DNA of 64,000 bases, taken from assembly GCA_951406725.2 (NCBI GenBank), contig OX597826.1:41540001-41604000 (forward strand), in the 5' to 3' direction. A program made the position numbers and the translations under genes. This stretch comes from Octopus vulgaris (Eukaryota). The notes under the pieces are model-generated. The model saw only the letters and a program-made list of their open reading frames with translations. It was not told where the DNA came from and did no database searches. Positions 40,767 through 54,640 of this stretch are shown in pieces (position 1 is the first letter of the stretch; each line of letters opens with the position of its first letter).

Positions 40767-43700
40767 CAGAAGAAAAATGTTTTACTATTAAACATTTGTA
40801 TTGGGACAAATGGTTGAGTTAAATAATAAAGGGGCACAAATCAGGTATATATATATACCGCGTTGATTAACAAAAGGAATCACTTTAAATGATATTCGAA
40901 GTGGTTTATATAATTGCAAATATAATTTCGAAGTGTACATGATGTCACAGTGAGGATCTGATCAAAGACCTTACGATTAAAAAAAGTAGTAGAAAAATAT
41001 TCAAACATTAAATGGAAGGATCCAAAAATAATCATTATTTTCTTACTGTTAGTTTTGTTTCATTTTGAAAGATTTAGAATTATTTTATGGTTTATTATTG
41101 CTTATATTTTGAATTACATAGATATAGTGACACCAAAATCTTTTAAGTGTTCAGGGCCTTAATGTGTCTTCATCTGGCCCTGTGTATATGAAGTAACAGA
41201 CGGGTTCTAGTATTTCTAGTGCTGTGAACAATAAAAGAAGCGTGAAATGGGGGTAATTAAAAATATACCAGTGATTAGCTCGCCAAACAAACATGGGACA
41301 CGGCTCTAAACGTTTGTTTTATGAGCCGTTATCAGCGGATGTATATCATTCGATATTGTTTGTTGATATTGTCGTACCTAAATGGAAACACCCGTAAAAA
41401 TATAAATAAAATCATTGAGTGGCGTTTAATGTAATGTTTTTTTTATTTTATATTTCTTTAATTTATACATTGGTTACTGAATAAATTTTACTATTTAACT
41501 ATCGCTTGTCTGATGACGGCAACATTCACTGGAATCGCCCCTTGTCTGTATAGTTAAGGTTATTCGGAAATATATCGTTGTGACATTTATGCGTATGTAT
41601 GTAAACATTCATGTATTTGTACAAATAGACATCTACCTGAGTGTGTCTATGTAGATATATGCATACACACATTGTGCGTATGTATGAGTCTTGTGTATAT
41701 AGGTAGATACTCAGTGTTCTTGTGTATTCGTATGTATGCACGTCTTTGTCCGTGTGTAGGCGTGCGCGTGTATATAGCGTCACACCTTTTGACGTTTATC
41801 TCTGTAGCTATGAATTTTTCTACTGTTCCGGTATCTATGTTTATGAATGCATGTCCTTCCCTCTTTTGTAATATCTGTCCCTTTGTCCATAGACCCAGTG
41901 TTATATTTATCTATGTACCGGTTGACTTATAGCCTCTAACATTGTGAGTGCACTTGCGAGTGGGAGTAAGGCGGTGGATAGATGGACTGGCCATTATTTA
42001 TATCCGCCCGTTATTTTCCACCACACACATGCTTTCCTGTAAACACACTCGAATTTGTACATCTTTCGGAAAAGTAAGAATCTTACTAAAAATTTAATTA
42101 TATTACCGACCAAAGGAGTTTTGATGCAAGTAGAATATCTATACTTGAACAATTCTCATCATACTAGAATACTCATTTTTTTCTCAACCAGTTTCTTTAC
42201 ACCAAATTAGAAACGGTATCGCAACAAACATTTATGCACCTTACATTTTGAAGTCCAAGAATTTAGACCATTACAAATGTCCCCACAATTTCTTGAAATT
42301 CCACTCCCCTCCTGGTCCTTTTTCAACCCAATCTTGACCTTTTCCTTCTTACACTTACTCTTGTTTTTTTAACACTTGCATTATTATCTAATTTTATCAT
42401 TGGTCATCCGCTGCAAACCTGTCTTCCACAAGTTACTGATGACATGGAGATACAAATACTGCAGCTGTATATTGTACAACATAAGAAGGATCTGCAGTAA
42501 TAAATATAATTGAATTACAGTTGAATTAGAGATTTCACACATAGCGATTCATGACTGGACAATAATTAGATTATTCCATTAAGTTTTGTTAGATACAAGA
42601 AATGTATGATGATACAATGTACCATTATATGATACAGTGACTATATATCCATAATATATTTTGAGAAGTATTAGAAATATATGATGACACAATGTAACTA
42701 TTTTCCCGTAATATTTCTTGAAAGATATAAGAAATGCCAATGTTACTGGTTGATGTCTTGTAGCCATTGCATTGAACGATACTTTTAATTGGATATCCTT
42801 ACGGAATAAAATGTTTATAAAATAACCATCTATGTTTGGTCTCTATTTCATCAACAGCACAACAAACATCCTATCTTGATTAATCCGGGTATCGTAAACT
42901 ATTCTACTTATACATAAGTAGATTTACAAAATTAGATTAGTTCCCCCAGTATATTTTTGATCCAATTAATTCTTCTAATTTTTCTTATAGACTACTAAAA
43001 GTTTTTATATAGAACAACACTAGTCTATCGCGCCAATAAAGGAATCTTTACTTATTAATGAACCTTTTCCAGTAAAATTTCAGAACGAAATTACAAATGG
43101 GAAATTAAAACTAACCGTGATCTCGTCTCACCCAAAAACTTATCTCTTTATAATATTTTTCAGACGAAGTCAAAGGCAACGATCACAGTCAAAACGGTCA
43201 CAGGGAAGGGACATAGGCAATGGCTGTGTGTTTAAAAGTTCTCTTCGTAACTGCACGGTTTCAAGTTCAATCTCACTTTGTGGTACATTGGCAGGGGTCT
43301 TCTACCAAGTTTTTGGGAATAGAATTTGGCAACCAGAAACTGTAAGGTCTAAGGTCTGTTTCTGTTTTTAGGCGCTAGACTGAATCCGTCGCCAAGATTA
43401 ACACCAGTCTCTAACCCTTGGCGCTTTTACTGGAATCCACTCTGTTGTAAGTGTTAAGGTTTGAGAATGACCCCTCTCTCTTCCACTAATATTAGAGAAC
43501 CTGAAAAGGGTCACGAGCACTGCCTTTCATCCTCTGACAACAAAGGGATGTGCTGGCTAGTGGCTCTATCTGTTAAGAATAGCGGTCAAATTGCCCTTCT
43601 ACACCACGCTATCGTGTCTTAAAAGAGGGTCACCGTGCCCTCAAAATATGAGATGCAAAGATTTCAGTTTAAATGTCGTTAACCGATGCAGACCTGATTC

Positions 43701-44289
43701 TAGAAGATAACACGTGTTTTCTTTTATAGTTACTTTTAATAGTAAATTAGGATTTTTATTTTCTTGTTTTTGTTTTCTCTTCTTTTGATTTCTAAACATT
43801 TGTTTTTTTCCTCGTTGTAGATCTCGTGTTGAGAATTCCTGATTTTAATGATGCATCACGTGTCTGTGAGCCTGAGCAAAGAATAATAATAAGAAGAAGA
43901 CAAAGTAGTTGTAGAACTAGAAAAAGGAAGTAATGACGGCACAAATGAACGACGTCGCCGCCGCCGCCACCACCGTGCGAATGTCACAATCGACAACAAT
44001 CTTCACACCATAAAACACGTGAAGACTAAAACAAAAATATATATCAATTCTCCCACTCTCCTCTCTCACTCACATATTGTCTGTCTGTCTGTCTGTTGAA
44101 GCTAGTGATTGTGACACAATGAAAAAAAACTGGTTTATATATATATATATGTATATACATATCTGTGTGTGTGTATGAATGTATCTATGTATGCATGTGC
44201 ACATGTATATAGGTTAGTTCACAGGAGACCTAAAGCGGGAAAAAACAAAAGCAAAGTAAAACAAGGAAGTAATTTTCGAAATACAGTGT

Positions 44290-44662
44290 ATTTATTGTTG
44301 TATTGGGGATGGTCATTTTTTTTTTGCCGAATAAACACACGCACTGTATATTCAATACGTAGATTAACCTTATTTAACGTTTTTTAAAAAAGGTATGTGC
44401 ACATAAGGATACACATCATAGAAGAACAGAATGAAATAAGGGGAGCAAGAGCACACACGAAAACGAAAAGTGTCGCTGAAGAGGTCACATATGTGTGACG
44501 AAAGATTCCTAGACAATAGACATGAGTTAGAATAAGAACAATAATAAAAGAGTGAAGAACAAATATATAGTGCGTGTGTTTATTTGGCAAAAAAATGACC
44601 GTCCCGAATACAAAATCTGTTTCAACACATGATTTCATATCAGGAGTCTTGCAACGCAAATT
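44290..44662 (+). mobile_element. Penelope-like element with inverted partial 3' copy and hammerhead (44471-44515)
   Basis: 44298-44350 is the reverse complement of 44563-44613; TGTCG CTGAAGA G GTCACA-TATG-TGTGAC GAAA GATTCC TAGACA. Confidence 0.7.
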
Positions 44663-45166
44663 CATAAGAATATTTATTTATCTACTTTTGATGTCATTGT
44701 CTTATTTTATTCTATTTTATTTATCTTAAGATATTACTCGCGTTACGGAAGCATTACGTTCCTGAAAATCCTGCCATAGTGTGGAACCCCGATTCGCGGA
44801 AGTTATTTCCCAATTGACATACATGTAAATCAAAGAACATGGAAAGAAAGGGGAGATCACGTTTAGTGCTACGGAACCCCACTTTTCGGCAAGACTCGCA
44901 TGAACTAACGTGGGAGAGCGTGTTAAATGATAAATTAATGAATTCATGAATGAATGAATTAATTAATCCATTAATTCCTGTTAATTAATATTATGATTTA
45001 ACTTCATCTGATTCCATAGTTGCGAAAAAGGGACTGAATTTTTTAAGAGTCAGTTTATACCAAACTCGTGGTTCTGCGTTCCGTCGTCCTCAGTGTGCAA
45101 ATCCAGAAAAACAATATATATGTATATATGCATGTATGTATATTCATACATACATATGCACACACA

Positions 45167-45252
<86 letters not shown>

Positions 45253-46279
45253 ATGAGACTGTACGTGTGTATGCATGTATATAATGCAAAAATCTCCGAA
45301 ACGTTGCGTGCTCGAGAAAAACGGAATAGATTTTGAAAACCTGCGTCTCAACGGGAAGGCATTCGGTGACTCGTAGCAATAAAATATAATTTACGACAAA
45401 TTTACTCGACTTTTAGATCGTTAAGTCTACGCCTCTGTATCTGACATATCTGTCTAGCTGCAAGTATCTCTTTGTCTTTTACGCCTTCCTACCTGTCTGA
45501 ATATTTTTACCACGCTCTCTCTCCCTCTTTTTCTGTATATGTATATCTCCCACGCATGCTGCTACCTCTCACCCCCTCTCCCCCTCTCCTCCTCACTCTC
45601 TCACCCACTCTCTCGATATGACATGTAATTGCTTTCATTTTCTGTAAAACTTCGTCGTTGTTAGCTTCTAATGTTTTTCTTTCATTTTGTAATAGACAGC
45701 CATCGCGTAGAAAATACTAGCGTCCAAATCACGTTTTCTGATTGGTTAAAAATGTTAAACTTCAAAGCTCTGAAACATTTTACGAAAATTTTCCTGGAAT
45801 AAATGAGTCACAAAATCGGGTTTACATCAATATAAAGTTGAACATTTTCACTTTATTTTGAAATTCAAAATTTGTGAGAGCGCAGAAAAGATCCTCTTCT
45901 TTCTTATTTGGATTTCTCAGTTTTATTTTTCGCTTTTGTAAACTTTCCTTCTCTCTCAGAGGCGTAGCCAGGTTTTAATGTTAGAGGTAGGAGGTGAGCA
46001 CATGAAAAGAAAAGGCGCCGTAACACATACCGAACAATTTTTAACTCATTTTTTTTATATCACACGAAATATTTCATTAGTTATATGCATAGTTGTATTC
46101 AGAATTCATTAATTTCTTGTTTCAGTAAAATGTCGCTGCCTTATTTAAAGTTGTGCTTGGAAGATGAAAACGAAACAACAGTTTTTCTACTGAAGCCTTT
46201 CTCCTGTCCCCACGGAGACACACAAAATAAGGATGTGATTTACTGCATGTAAATGTATACATACATACATATATACATA

Positions 46280-46938
46280 CATTCATGATAGCTGCCCCGC
46301 TCGTTATCGAGTATGGCCATTGCACGAAGCTTAACTGCTACTGGTGTTGTGATCGAATGTGACTTTTTAGCCCAGCTAAAGATCTACAATGTCTTGTACA
46401 GAATTGGCAACTAAAACCTTTACCGGCAATAGCCGGCTGTAGTTGTAACTGGGCTTTATGTACCTTTGAATGTCGTTTAAGTCCTCCTACCGAATTACAC
46501 TCTCTTCCACATGCCTGACTGATATGATTAGTATGGTGTGTTACACCACCACCAGTGGCCAGGTTGTCACTCATCTGTCTCGTTTTATGACTACGAAGAT
46601 GACTCTTGAGTCCAGCTTTACTGAGGTAGGGTCTTGCACAGACACTGCATGTCAGCATCATAGGAAGACCCTTCCCATCTGGAAGTGTAACAGCAATGCC
46701 CTTCCTGACATCTCTCCTTACTTTCTCATGCGCAACTTGAGATTTCTCAAAAGTAGCTGTCCCCTCGTGCACAATCCTTCTCCACATGCTATGATCAATA
46801 CCTATGCCCTCCCATGTGTCAGGAGAGATGCAAGCATCTCTTAAGGAAGCCTTCAGCAAGTCCTTATACCGCTTTTTTTGGTTTATGTGGAGGTCGTTCT
46901 CCTTTAGCTAACTCTCCATAAAAGAGTTGTTTTGGCAT
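46280..46938 (-). mobile_element. RTE-clade LINE 3' end with C-terminal C2H2 zinc fingers, 5'-truncated, one frameshift
   Basis: MPKQLFYGELAKGERPPHKPK/KRYKDLLKASL..W..D.S.WR..V.EG (RTE/BovB-type C-terminus); fingers CSVC..GLKSHLRSH and CQFC..GLKSHIRSQH plus a degenerate middle one; short 3' UTR then a (TATG)-type tail. Confidence 0.85.
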
Positions 46939-47061
46939 CACAAACATACATACATACATGTGCATGTAAGCGTGCGTGCTTGTGTGAGTGCGTGTGTATG
47001 TGAATATATATGTGTATGTGTATATGTGTGTGTGTATGTGTGTGTTTGTGTATGTGTGTGT

Positions 47062-48272
47062 GTCTGAAAATCATAGTCCCAGAGTATCGTTACTTTTCCA
47101 TCCTCCTGCATAACTTTACTTGGTACATTCTCATACCAGTTCTCTGTTACTTCTTATTGGTATTTACAGCAAAAGATCCAATGAAGATACACACACATTT
47201 TATCGTGGAGGCGCTTGTTTTCTTTTTGTGCAAGGCTCTCACATCCACTTACCAAGTGGGTCACATTTCCCCCACACTCTTTCCACATAGTCTACATTTC
47301 TGGGTGTCAGAAGTTTTAGAGATGTTATACTTCACTGAATTGGTTGTGAGAACCTTGTCTTGTGCAGCAATGATCAGGCTTTCAGTGGTACACTTCAAAT
47401 CACCTCGCTCAAGCCATGCCCACGATGCTCTATTATTCTTAACATCTTGTGTATTCCTTTCAAACTGTCAATGCATTCTCATTTCAAGAAGGTCTTCTTT
47501 TCTCTTCTCCTCAGCTCTTTGGTTAAACTCTTCCTTGTACATAACTTCATCTGCATTTACACCCATTACAGGTGCAGGAGTGGCTGTGTGGTAAGTAGCT
47601 TGTTTACCAACCACATGGTTCCGGGTTCAGTCCCACTGCGTGGCACCTTGGGCAAGTGTCTTCTGCTATAGCCTCGGGCCGACCAAACCCTTGTGAGTGG
47701 ATTTGGTAGACAGAAACTTAAAGAAGCCCGTCGTATATATGTATGTGCGTGTATGTTTGTGTGTCTGTGTTTGTCCCCCTAGCATTGCTTGACAACCGAT
47801 GCTGGTGTGTTTATGTCCCCGTCACTTAGCGGTTCAGGAAAAGAGACCGATAGAATAAGTACTGGGCTTACAAAGAATAAGTCCCGGGGTCGAGTTGCTC
47901 GATTAAAGGCGGTGCTCCAGCATGGCCGCAGTCAAAATGACTGAAACAAGTAAAAAAAAAAAATCTTTCACGGCATATTGTAGCAGGTCTTCACTATTTA
48001 TCAAATACTCGGCAGCAAGCGTTCTCCTTTCACTCCTTATACAATGGTCTATTCTATTTAGTCCTCTGGCACCATCCTTTCTTTTCATATGCAGTCTGTT
48101 TACGTTTGCGTTAGGACGTAGCGCCCCATGCAGCGTCATCAACTTTCTCGTCCTTCTATCCAGTGTTGATATTTCCTCCTTAGTACATTTGAGGATGGAC
48201 GCGCTATATCTGACCACTGCAACTGCTCAGATATGCACTGCGGTAATCAAATTACCAAATGCTCAGTACTTA
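47062..48272 (-). mobile_element. R4/Dong-clade non-LTR retrotransposon remnant (post-RT region and CCHC), interrupted by SINE A
   Basis: VRYSASIL..LDRRTRKLMTLHGALRP.ANVNRLHMKRKDGARGL; WLERGDLK.TTESLIIAAQD; CRLC..THLVSGC..LAQKE.KRLHD; ILWDYDFQT; stops and frameshifts present. Confidence 0.85.
47571..47963 (+). mobile_element. SINE family A, full length, nested in the R4/Dong remnant
   Basis: Matches family A. Confidence 0.92.
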
Positions 48273-48350
48273 ATATGAAAAGAGGGCAGCAAGCATCCTG
48301 CAGAGGCTTGCGGTTACCATGAGGAGAAACCATGGGCGAACCCGACGGTA

Positions 48351-48421
48351 GTGGGTATAGATAGATATTTAGGGATTTTGGAGCTGGATGACATTCTGCA
48401 CAGAGAAATGAAAGCCGAGGT
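48351..48421 (+). mobile_element. Inverted R4/Dong RT fragment (YLG motif)
   Basis: RYLGILELDDILHREMKAEV, the segment expected just upstream of the minus-strand piece. Confidence 0.65.
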
Positions 48422-48528
48422 CATCATTATCATCATCATCATCATCATCATCGTCACCACCATAAACATCATCATTATCATCACCACCACCACCACCATA
48501 AACATCATCATCATCGTCATCGTCATCG

Positions 48529-48608
<80 letters not shown>

Positions 48609-48621
48609 ATCATCATCATCA

Positions 48622-48666
<45 letters not shown>

Positions 48667-48699
48667 GTAGTAGTAGTAGTAGTAGTAGTATTATTATTC

Positions 48700-48950
48700 A
48701 GTAGCCATATTTTTATCACGGGCTTTCTCTGCACTATTAAGCGCAGCTCTGTGTGCATGGGGCATGTGCTGTGGTTTGTTGTGGTTTCCTTATTTTCATA
48801 GTATTGAAAGTGCTTTACGTAGGAGGTGCGCGGTGCCCAGTAGTGCTATTTTCTGTAATTCCTGATGTTTTCGTTATTTATTCGTCTCTATGCATTTCAA
48901 TCATACCTAATGCACCTATTATTATAGAGATTGTGTCTGTTTTAGGCTCC
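48700..48950 (-). mobile_element. R4/Dong 3' end (endonuclease C-terminus plus UTR) ending in (TAA)n
   Basis: ISIIIGALGMI.. and ELQKIALLGTAHLLRKALS*; the UTR runs into an AATAATAAT/(TAC)n/(TAA)n tract. Confidence 0.8.
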
Positions 48951-48958
48951 AACACACA

Positions 48959-49039
<81 letters not shown>

Positions 49040-49516
49040 ACATAACCCTTGTAATTGTTTAACCGAACACAGAATGGTGAAAGCAGAATTTGACATATGC
49101 AGGATTTGAACTCGAAGCATTAGGGCGATTAAAGATATACTCTATGGCGTTTAATGTGGCGCTTTATCGTATCTTTGGCTCAGCGAACGGGTAATTTTGT
49201 AACTGTTGCATAAGACTCGATTCCCTGTTGGAAACTCTAAATATAAACTCTTGGAAAGTATTCCATGAGGAATGAATTTTATGAATGGTAAGTACACACA
49301 TACACAGATACACACACACACACACATACATACACACACGTACATACACATGCATGTATGTGTAGTTTCATTACTATATTGTGCATGTAAATTTAAACGG
49401 CCCGACTCTCATTCTTATATTTTATTTCCAAGTTTAAATATATTTTCACTGAAATATTAGGTGGACCACCGCCCATATCTTTACTTTTCTCTCCCTCTTT
49501 CCCCACTTACTTTTTT

Positions 49517-49607
<91 letters not shown>

Positions 49608-49697
49608 CACACACACACAATGTACTTTGTGGTGTGTGCGTGTATATGCATGTGTGAGTATAGATGTATGTATCTGTTTGTGTTTGTGTGTGTGTGC

Positions 49698-49779
<82 letters not shown>

Positions 49780-49836
49780 GTCCATCTATATGTGTATTGT
49801 CAGTATTGTCACACACACATATATACATATTTATAA

Positions 49837-49872
<36 letters not shown>

Positions 49873-50557
49873 ATGTATTTATGTATGTATGTATGTATGC
49901 ATGTGTTGCGCATGTATAAATAAATATAAATGCACTCACACAGACTTTGATAGACATATATACATGTATATCATTTCAGAAGTGCTAGCTGATAGAAATA
50001 TTTATTTGCTATTAAGTTGTAAATTTATGTATATTGTGCAGTTAAAATTAGACTGAAATATAATATTGCTATGTTTAGTTGTAGCTGTTGTAGGCGTAAT
50101 ATAAATAGCGGAAGTTGGGAAAATGATATGGCGGCGTTGATGCCTTTTCCAGTAATAAATGAAGTGAAATGGGTACGAAGTAGAATTAAAGCAAAGATGA
50201 GTAAATTCTTGAAAGGAACAGAGACGAAGAGAGCAATAACAGGTTATTTATCAGTAAGGGTTATCACCTTTGAAGGCAGAAGGAGAATGAGGAAAGCTCA
50301 TAAGAGAGCAACAGGCAACCCAGAGCAGAATTGCCCTGGGTCCGGCTCTACCTGTCTCTTTTTAGCCTAGTCAGTCTGCTGTCGATGTGGACGGCCTCCT
50401 TCACGAATCTTTGCTCGTGAAACCAAGCGAAGTTTGTATTTTTTGCATGAGCAACAAACAGGGATTCTGTGACGAAGAGATTTTCTCAAGAAGTATAAGC
50501 AGCGTTATTATTTCATGATGTGTTAACGAGGAAGGGTAGCACTCGTGAGGGAGTGGA

Positions 50558-51004
50558 GCCCCATGCAGCGTCATCAACTTTCTCGTCCTTCTATCGTAAG
50601 TCCTGATGTTTTCGTTATTTATTCGTCTGTATGCATTTCAATCATACCTAATGCACCTATTATTATAGAGATTGTGTCTGTTTTTAGGCTCCAACATACA
50701 ATTACACACACACACACACGCACACACACACTCACAGACACACACACACACACGCACACACAAACACACACATAACCCTTGTAATTGTTTAACCGAACAC
50801 AGAATGGTGAAAGGAGAATTTGACATATGCAGGATTTGAACTCGAAGCATTAGGTCGATTCAAGATATATTCTGTGACGTTTAGTGTGGCGCTTTATCGT
50901 ATCTTTGGCTCAGCTAACGGGAACATTTTTGACTGTTGCATAAGACTCGATTCCCGGTTGGAAACTCTAAATATAAACTCTTGGAAAGTATTCCATGAGG
51001 AATG
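50558..51004 (+). repeat. Local duplication joining 48123-48160 to 48855-49274
   Basis: 50558-50595 equals 48123-48160; 50596-51004 is highly similar to 48855-49274. Confidence 0.9.
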
Positions 51005-51101
51005 CATTTCAAAGGCGTCTGTATCTGGTGGGAATAGGAAACGCGACCTTTCGGTTATTCTTAGACCGAGTATCTCGTCCGAATGTTCGCAACAGATGCG
51101 A

Positions 51102-51420
51102 AACGCGTGGCTTAGTGGTTAGGGTATTCGGTTCACGATCGCCATGTTGTGAGTTCATTTCCCGGCGACACCCTGTGTCCTTGAGCAAGACACTATATTT
51201 CATGTTGCTCCAATCCATTCAGCTGGCAAAAATGAACAGCACCTGTATTTCAAAGGGCCAGCCTTGTCACACCCTATGTCATGCTGAATCTCCCTGAGAA
51301 CTATGTTAAGGGTATAGGTGTTTGTGGAGTGCTCAGTCACTTGCATGATAATTTCTCAAGCAGGCTGTTCCGTTGATCGGATCAACTGGAACCCTTGTCG
51401 TCGTAACCGACAGAGTGCCA
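51102..51420 (+). mobile_element. SINE related to family D (different head with CORE-like segment, same 3' domain)
   Basis: TGGCTTAGTGGTTAGG head, GTGTCCTTGAGCAAGACACT, and 3' GCAGGCTGTTCCGTTGATCGGATCAACTGGAACCC..GTCGTAACCGAC shared with family D. Confidence 0.8.
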
Positions 51421-52082
51421 TTTGCAACAAAGTGGACTCCACTCAGAACTTGAGAACCAAATGGTGGCATTAAACTGGACAACTGACTAGGTCCACCACT
51501 AGGCCTACCACTAGGTCTACCACAAAGTTTCCTCTCCAAAATGTCGCTCACAAAGACTCTCAAGCATGCCACCACGTGACAGAGAAAAGAAGTTCTTAGC
51601 CAGACGCCACGCTTACTTGAAATGTGACCCTTTTTTTATACGGTGTTTCCCATTATACACATACTCCTGTCACTGAAATCGACAAAAGGAGCTTCGATGT
51701 GATCACTCAACATGCTAGATATAGCAGCAAATGTTTCATTCAAATTACACATTTCTCTTTTAACGAAATGACACCCTTGATAGTGTAGTCATAGGCGCAC
51801 TATTTCTAAACAAATGGTTAAACTGTCACGGCTGGAACATCTTTAATCATGGATCAGTAGGATCGATGTTCTTGATTTGGGGTTACACAATAACTACTTG
51901 TGACAAATGAACCAACGAGAGACCCTTTATATTTGTATAGAAGGTTGCAGATAATCCTTTCTACTATAGGCACATGGCCTGAAATTTGGGGGAAGGGGAT
52001 AATCGATTACATAGACACCAGTGTGTATACCAATACTACTACCGTCGCTTGTAACACTTCCACAAACACCGCCGTCACCACC

Positions 52083-52114
<32 letters not shown>

Positions 52115-52154
52115 CACCACCACCACCACCACCAACACCACCAACACCACCACA

Positions 52155-52344
52155 AGCCGTCCAAGAATTTGGACCTGGAGATTTCTATTTCCAGCGACTT
52201 CGAGGGCCACCTCCCAGTAGTGTCGGGCGTCAACGAACAGCCCTCGACTACAACAAGACGACCAAAGTATTTTTTTTCAAGGTCTGGGGTCTCCCGCTCC
52301 TAAGCCCTAGACCATCACCTAATCACCCTTTATCCGTCTTGTTG
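52155..52344. mobile_element. Second copy of the 185 bp microsatellite-embedded element
   Basis: Matches 24895-25079. Confidence 0.75.
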
Positions 52345-52550
52345 TTTCATCCCCCCCCCGCCGCCGCCTCCACCGCCTCCACCATCACCACCAAAAGTTC
52401 CTACGAGTGATGGATGCCCATAAATCGTTTTGCAATTACATTAAATCGTCCATATAAAAATACCGGTAAACAACTGAATATCAAATTGAAATCTGCCGAA
52501 ACTGAGCACAAAGCTTCATTTTCATACACTTTCATCAGTGGAGCATGGGT

Positions 52551-52693
52551 ACGACTTTGCCTTTCATCCTTTCAGGGTCGATAAATTAAGTACCAGTTAC
52601 GCACTGGGGTCGATGTAATCGACTTAATACTTATGTCTGTCCTTGTTTGTCCCCTCTGTGTTTAGCCCCTTGTGGGTAATAAAGAAATAGGTA
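52551..52693 (+). mobile_element. SINE family B 3' part
   Basis: Matches family B. Confidence 0.85.
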
Positions 52694-53088
52694 TGAGAAT
52701 TTCAAAGCAGTGTCCTTATATAATAGCAGATCTACTGAACATTAAAATAAAAAAATACTCAGAGAAATGCGAAACAAAGACTAGGTTTATCATTAACAAA
52801 AACAAAAAGGCAAGTAGGCTTAATTGAAAACATGCACGCACACACGTCACACACACATACACACACTTACACTCTTACACACATATACGTACATTACACA
52901 TTAATTATTGTCTACATGTATCTGAAAATTATATAATTATATACAATGTATGTAACATTTTAATGACTGCTGTGAAGCAATTAGCTTGTATACATACACC
53001 TAAAACACTTCGGCTATATTATATACAAGCGCTATGTGAATGACCCTGGACTAAGCACTAACACACGCTCTTATACATACATATAGCC

Positions 53089-53130
<42 letters not shown>

Positions 53131-53289
53131 GTATATCTAGGTGTGAGTGTGTGTGTGTGTGGGAGTTATTTGCTGACTTCAGTCTGTCATGTATTTGTAC
53201 ACTTCTGGAAGTATATCTTCATAAACCTGTCTCTCTTTCTCTCTCCCCTTCTCTCTCTTCTTTTCTCTTTCTCACTCTCTCTTTTATCC

Positions 53290-53363
<74 letters not shown>

Positions 53364-53397
53364 ATATCTGTCTGTCTGTCTGTCAGTCTGTCTGTCA

Positions 53398-53540
<143 letters not shown>

Positions 53541-54189
53541 ACCCTTACATATTTATACATTGAAATGTTGTAGGTACATACATACGTATACATAAATAAT
53601 GCATATGCGCCAAGCACATATACATCTATGTGTGTAAACACATGCACGCGCAGACACATAAGCACACACTCACACAGACAGAAACCAACAAGACAGAAAC
53701 CAGTGTCTTAAGTGTAATGAGATGAGATAAAGAGAACGAAGGAAGAGCGATCAGGACAGTGGTGATTGACAGGAATTAAGGATGATGACGACGATGGCGA
53801 CGATGATGATAATGATGATGATAATGATGATAATGGTTATGATGATGTTGATGTTGATGATGATAATGATGATAATGTTGATGATGATGTTGGTGGTGGT
53901 AGTGGTGGTGATGCTGATGTTGATGTTGATGATGACGGTAGCGTTGGTGATGGTGTTGGTGAATGATAATGACAGTATTGGTGTTATTTGCAGAACTGGT
54001 AAGGTTGTTGATGTTGTTAGCATGACTGACCAGATGAAGACAGTCTATCCATGACTATACCACCTGTTTAAAAGATACGACTATATCTAAGACTATATTC
54101 TTTCTCATTTAAATTGGTGATGTGAAAAAGACAGGTGTTTTGCGGGGGTCGGAGATCAATGATAATGCTGGTATGAACTTCATTAGTTT

Positions 54190-54470
54190 ACTGTTGTATC
54201 CACTATAAGATGCCTCAGATGTTCCGATGAAGCTGTAATGTGTTTCTCATGGACTCAAATATGAGCCCACCGCATATCATCATGGAAACAGCTGTAAGGT
54301 AATGAAGTCCATAAAATAATAATTTATTCCTTTGTATTCCTTTGTCATCTCTTTATATATATATATATATATATATATACGTATACATGTATGAATAGAT
54401 AATATATATGTATATATACAAATGTATATATGTGTAAACATGTATGTATGCATATTTATGTTTATATGGT

Positions 54471-54543
<73 letters not shown>

Positions 54544-54640
54544 AAAAGAGATGACAAACTAATACAAAGGAATAAACGGTTATTATTATGAACTTCATTA
54601 CCTTACAGCTGTTTCCATGATAAGATGCGGTGGGCTCATA
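54190..54640. mobile_element. Tail-to-tail inverted pair of hammerhead-like fragments around a microsatellite
   Basis: 54260-54354 and 54545-54640 are reverse complements; each has GAAA CAGCTG TA (palindromic ACAGCTGT); CCGATGA at 54224-54230. Confidence 0.6.

Noticed and set aside
51440-51640. 12 bp tandem (ACTAGG.CTACC) and a possible LINE C-terminal GRP motif
   Set aside because: Short, low-information similarity
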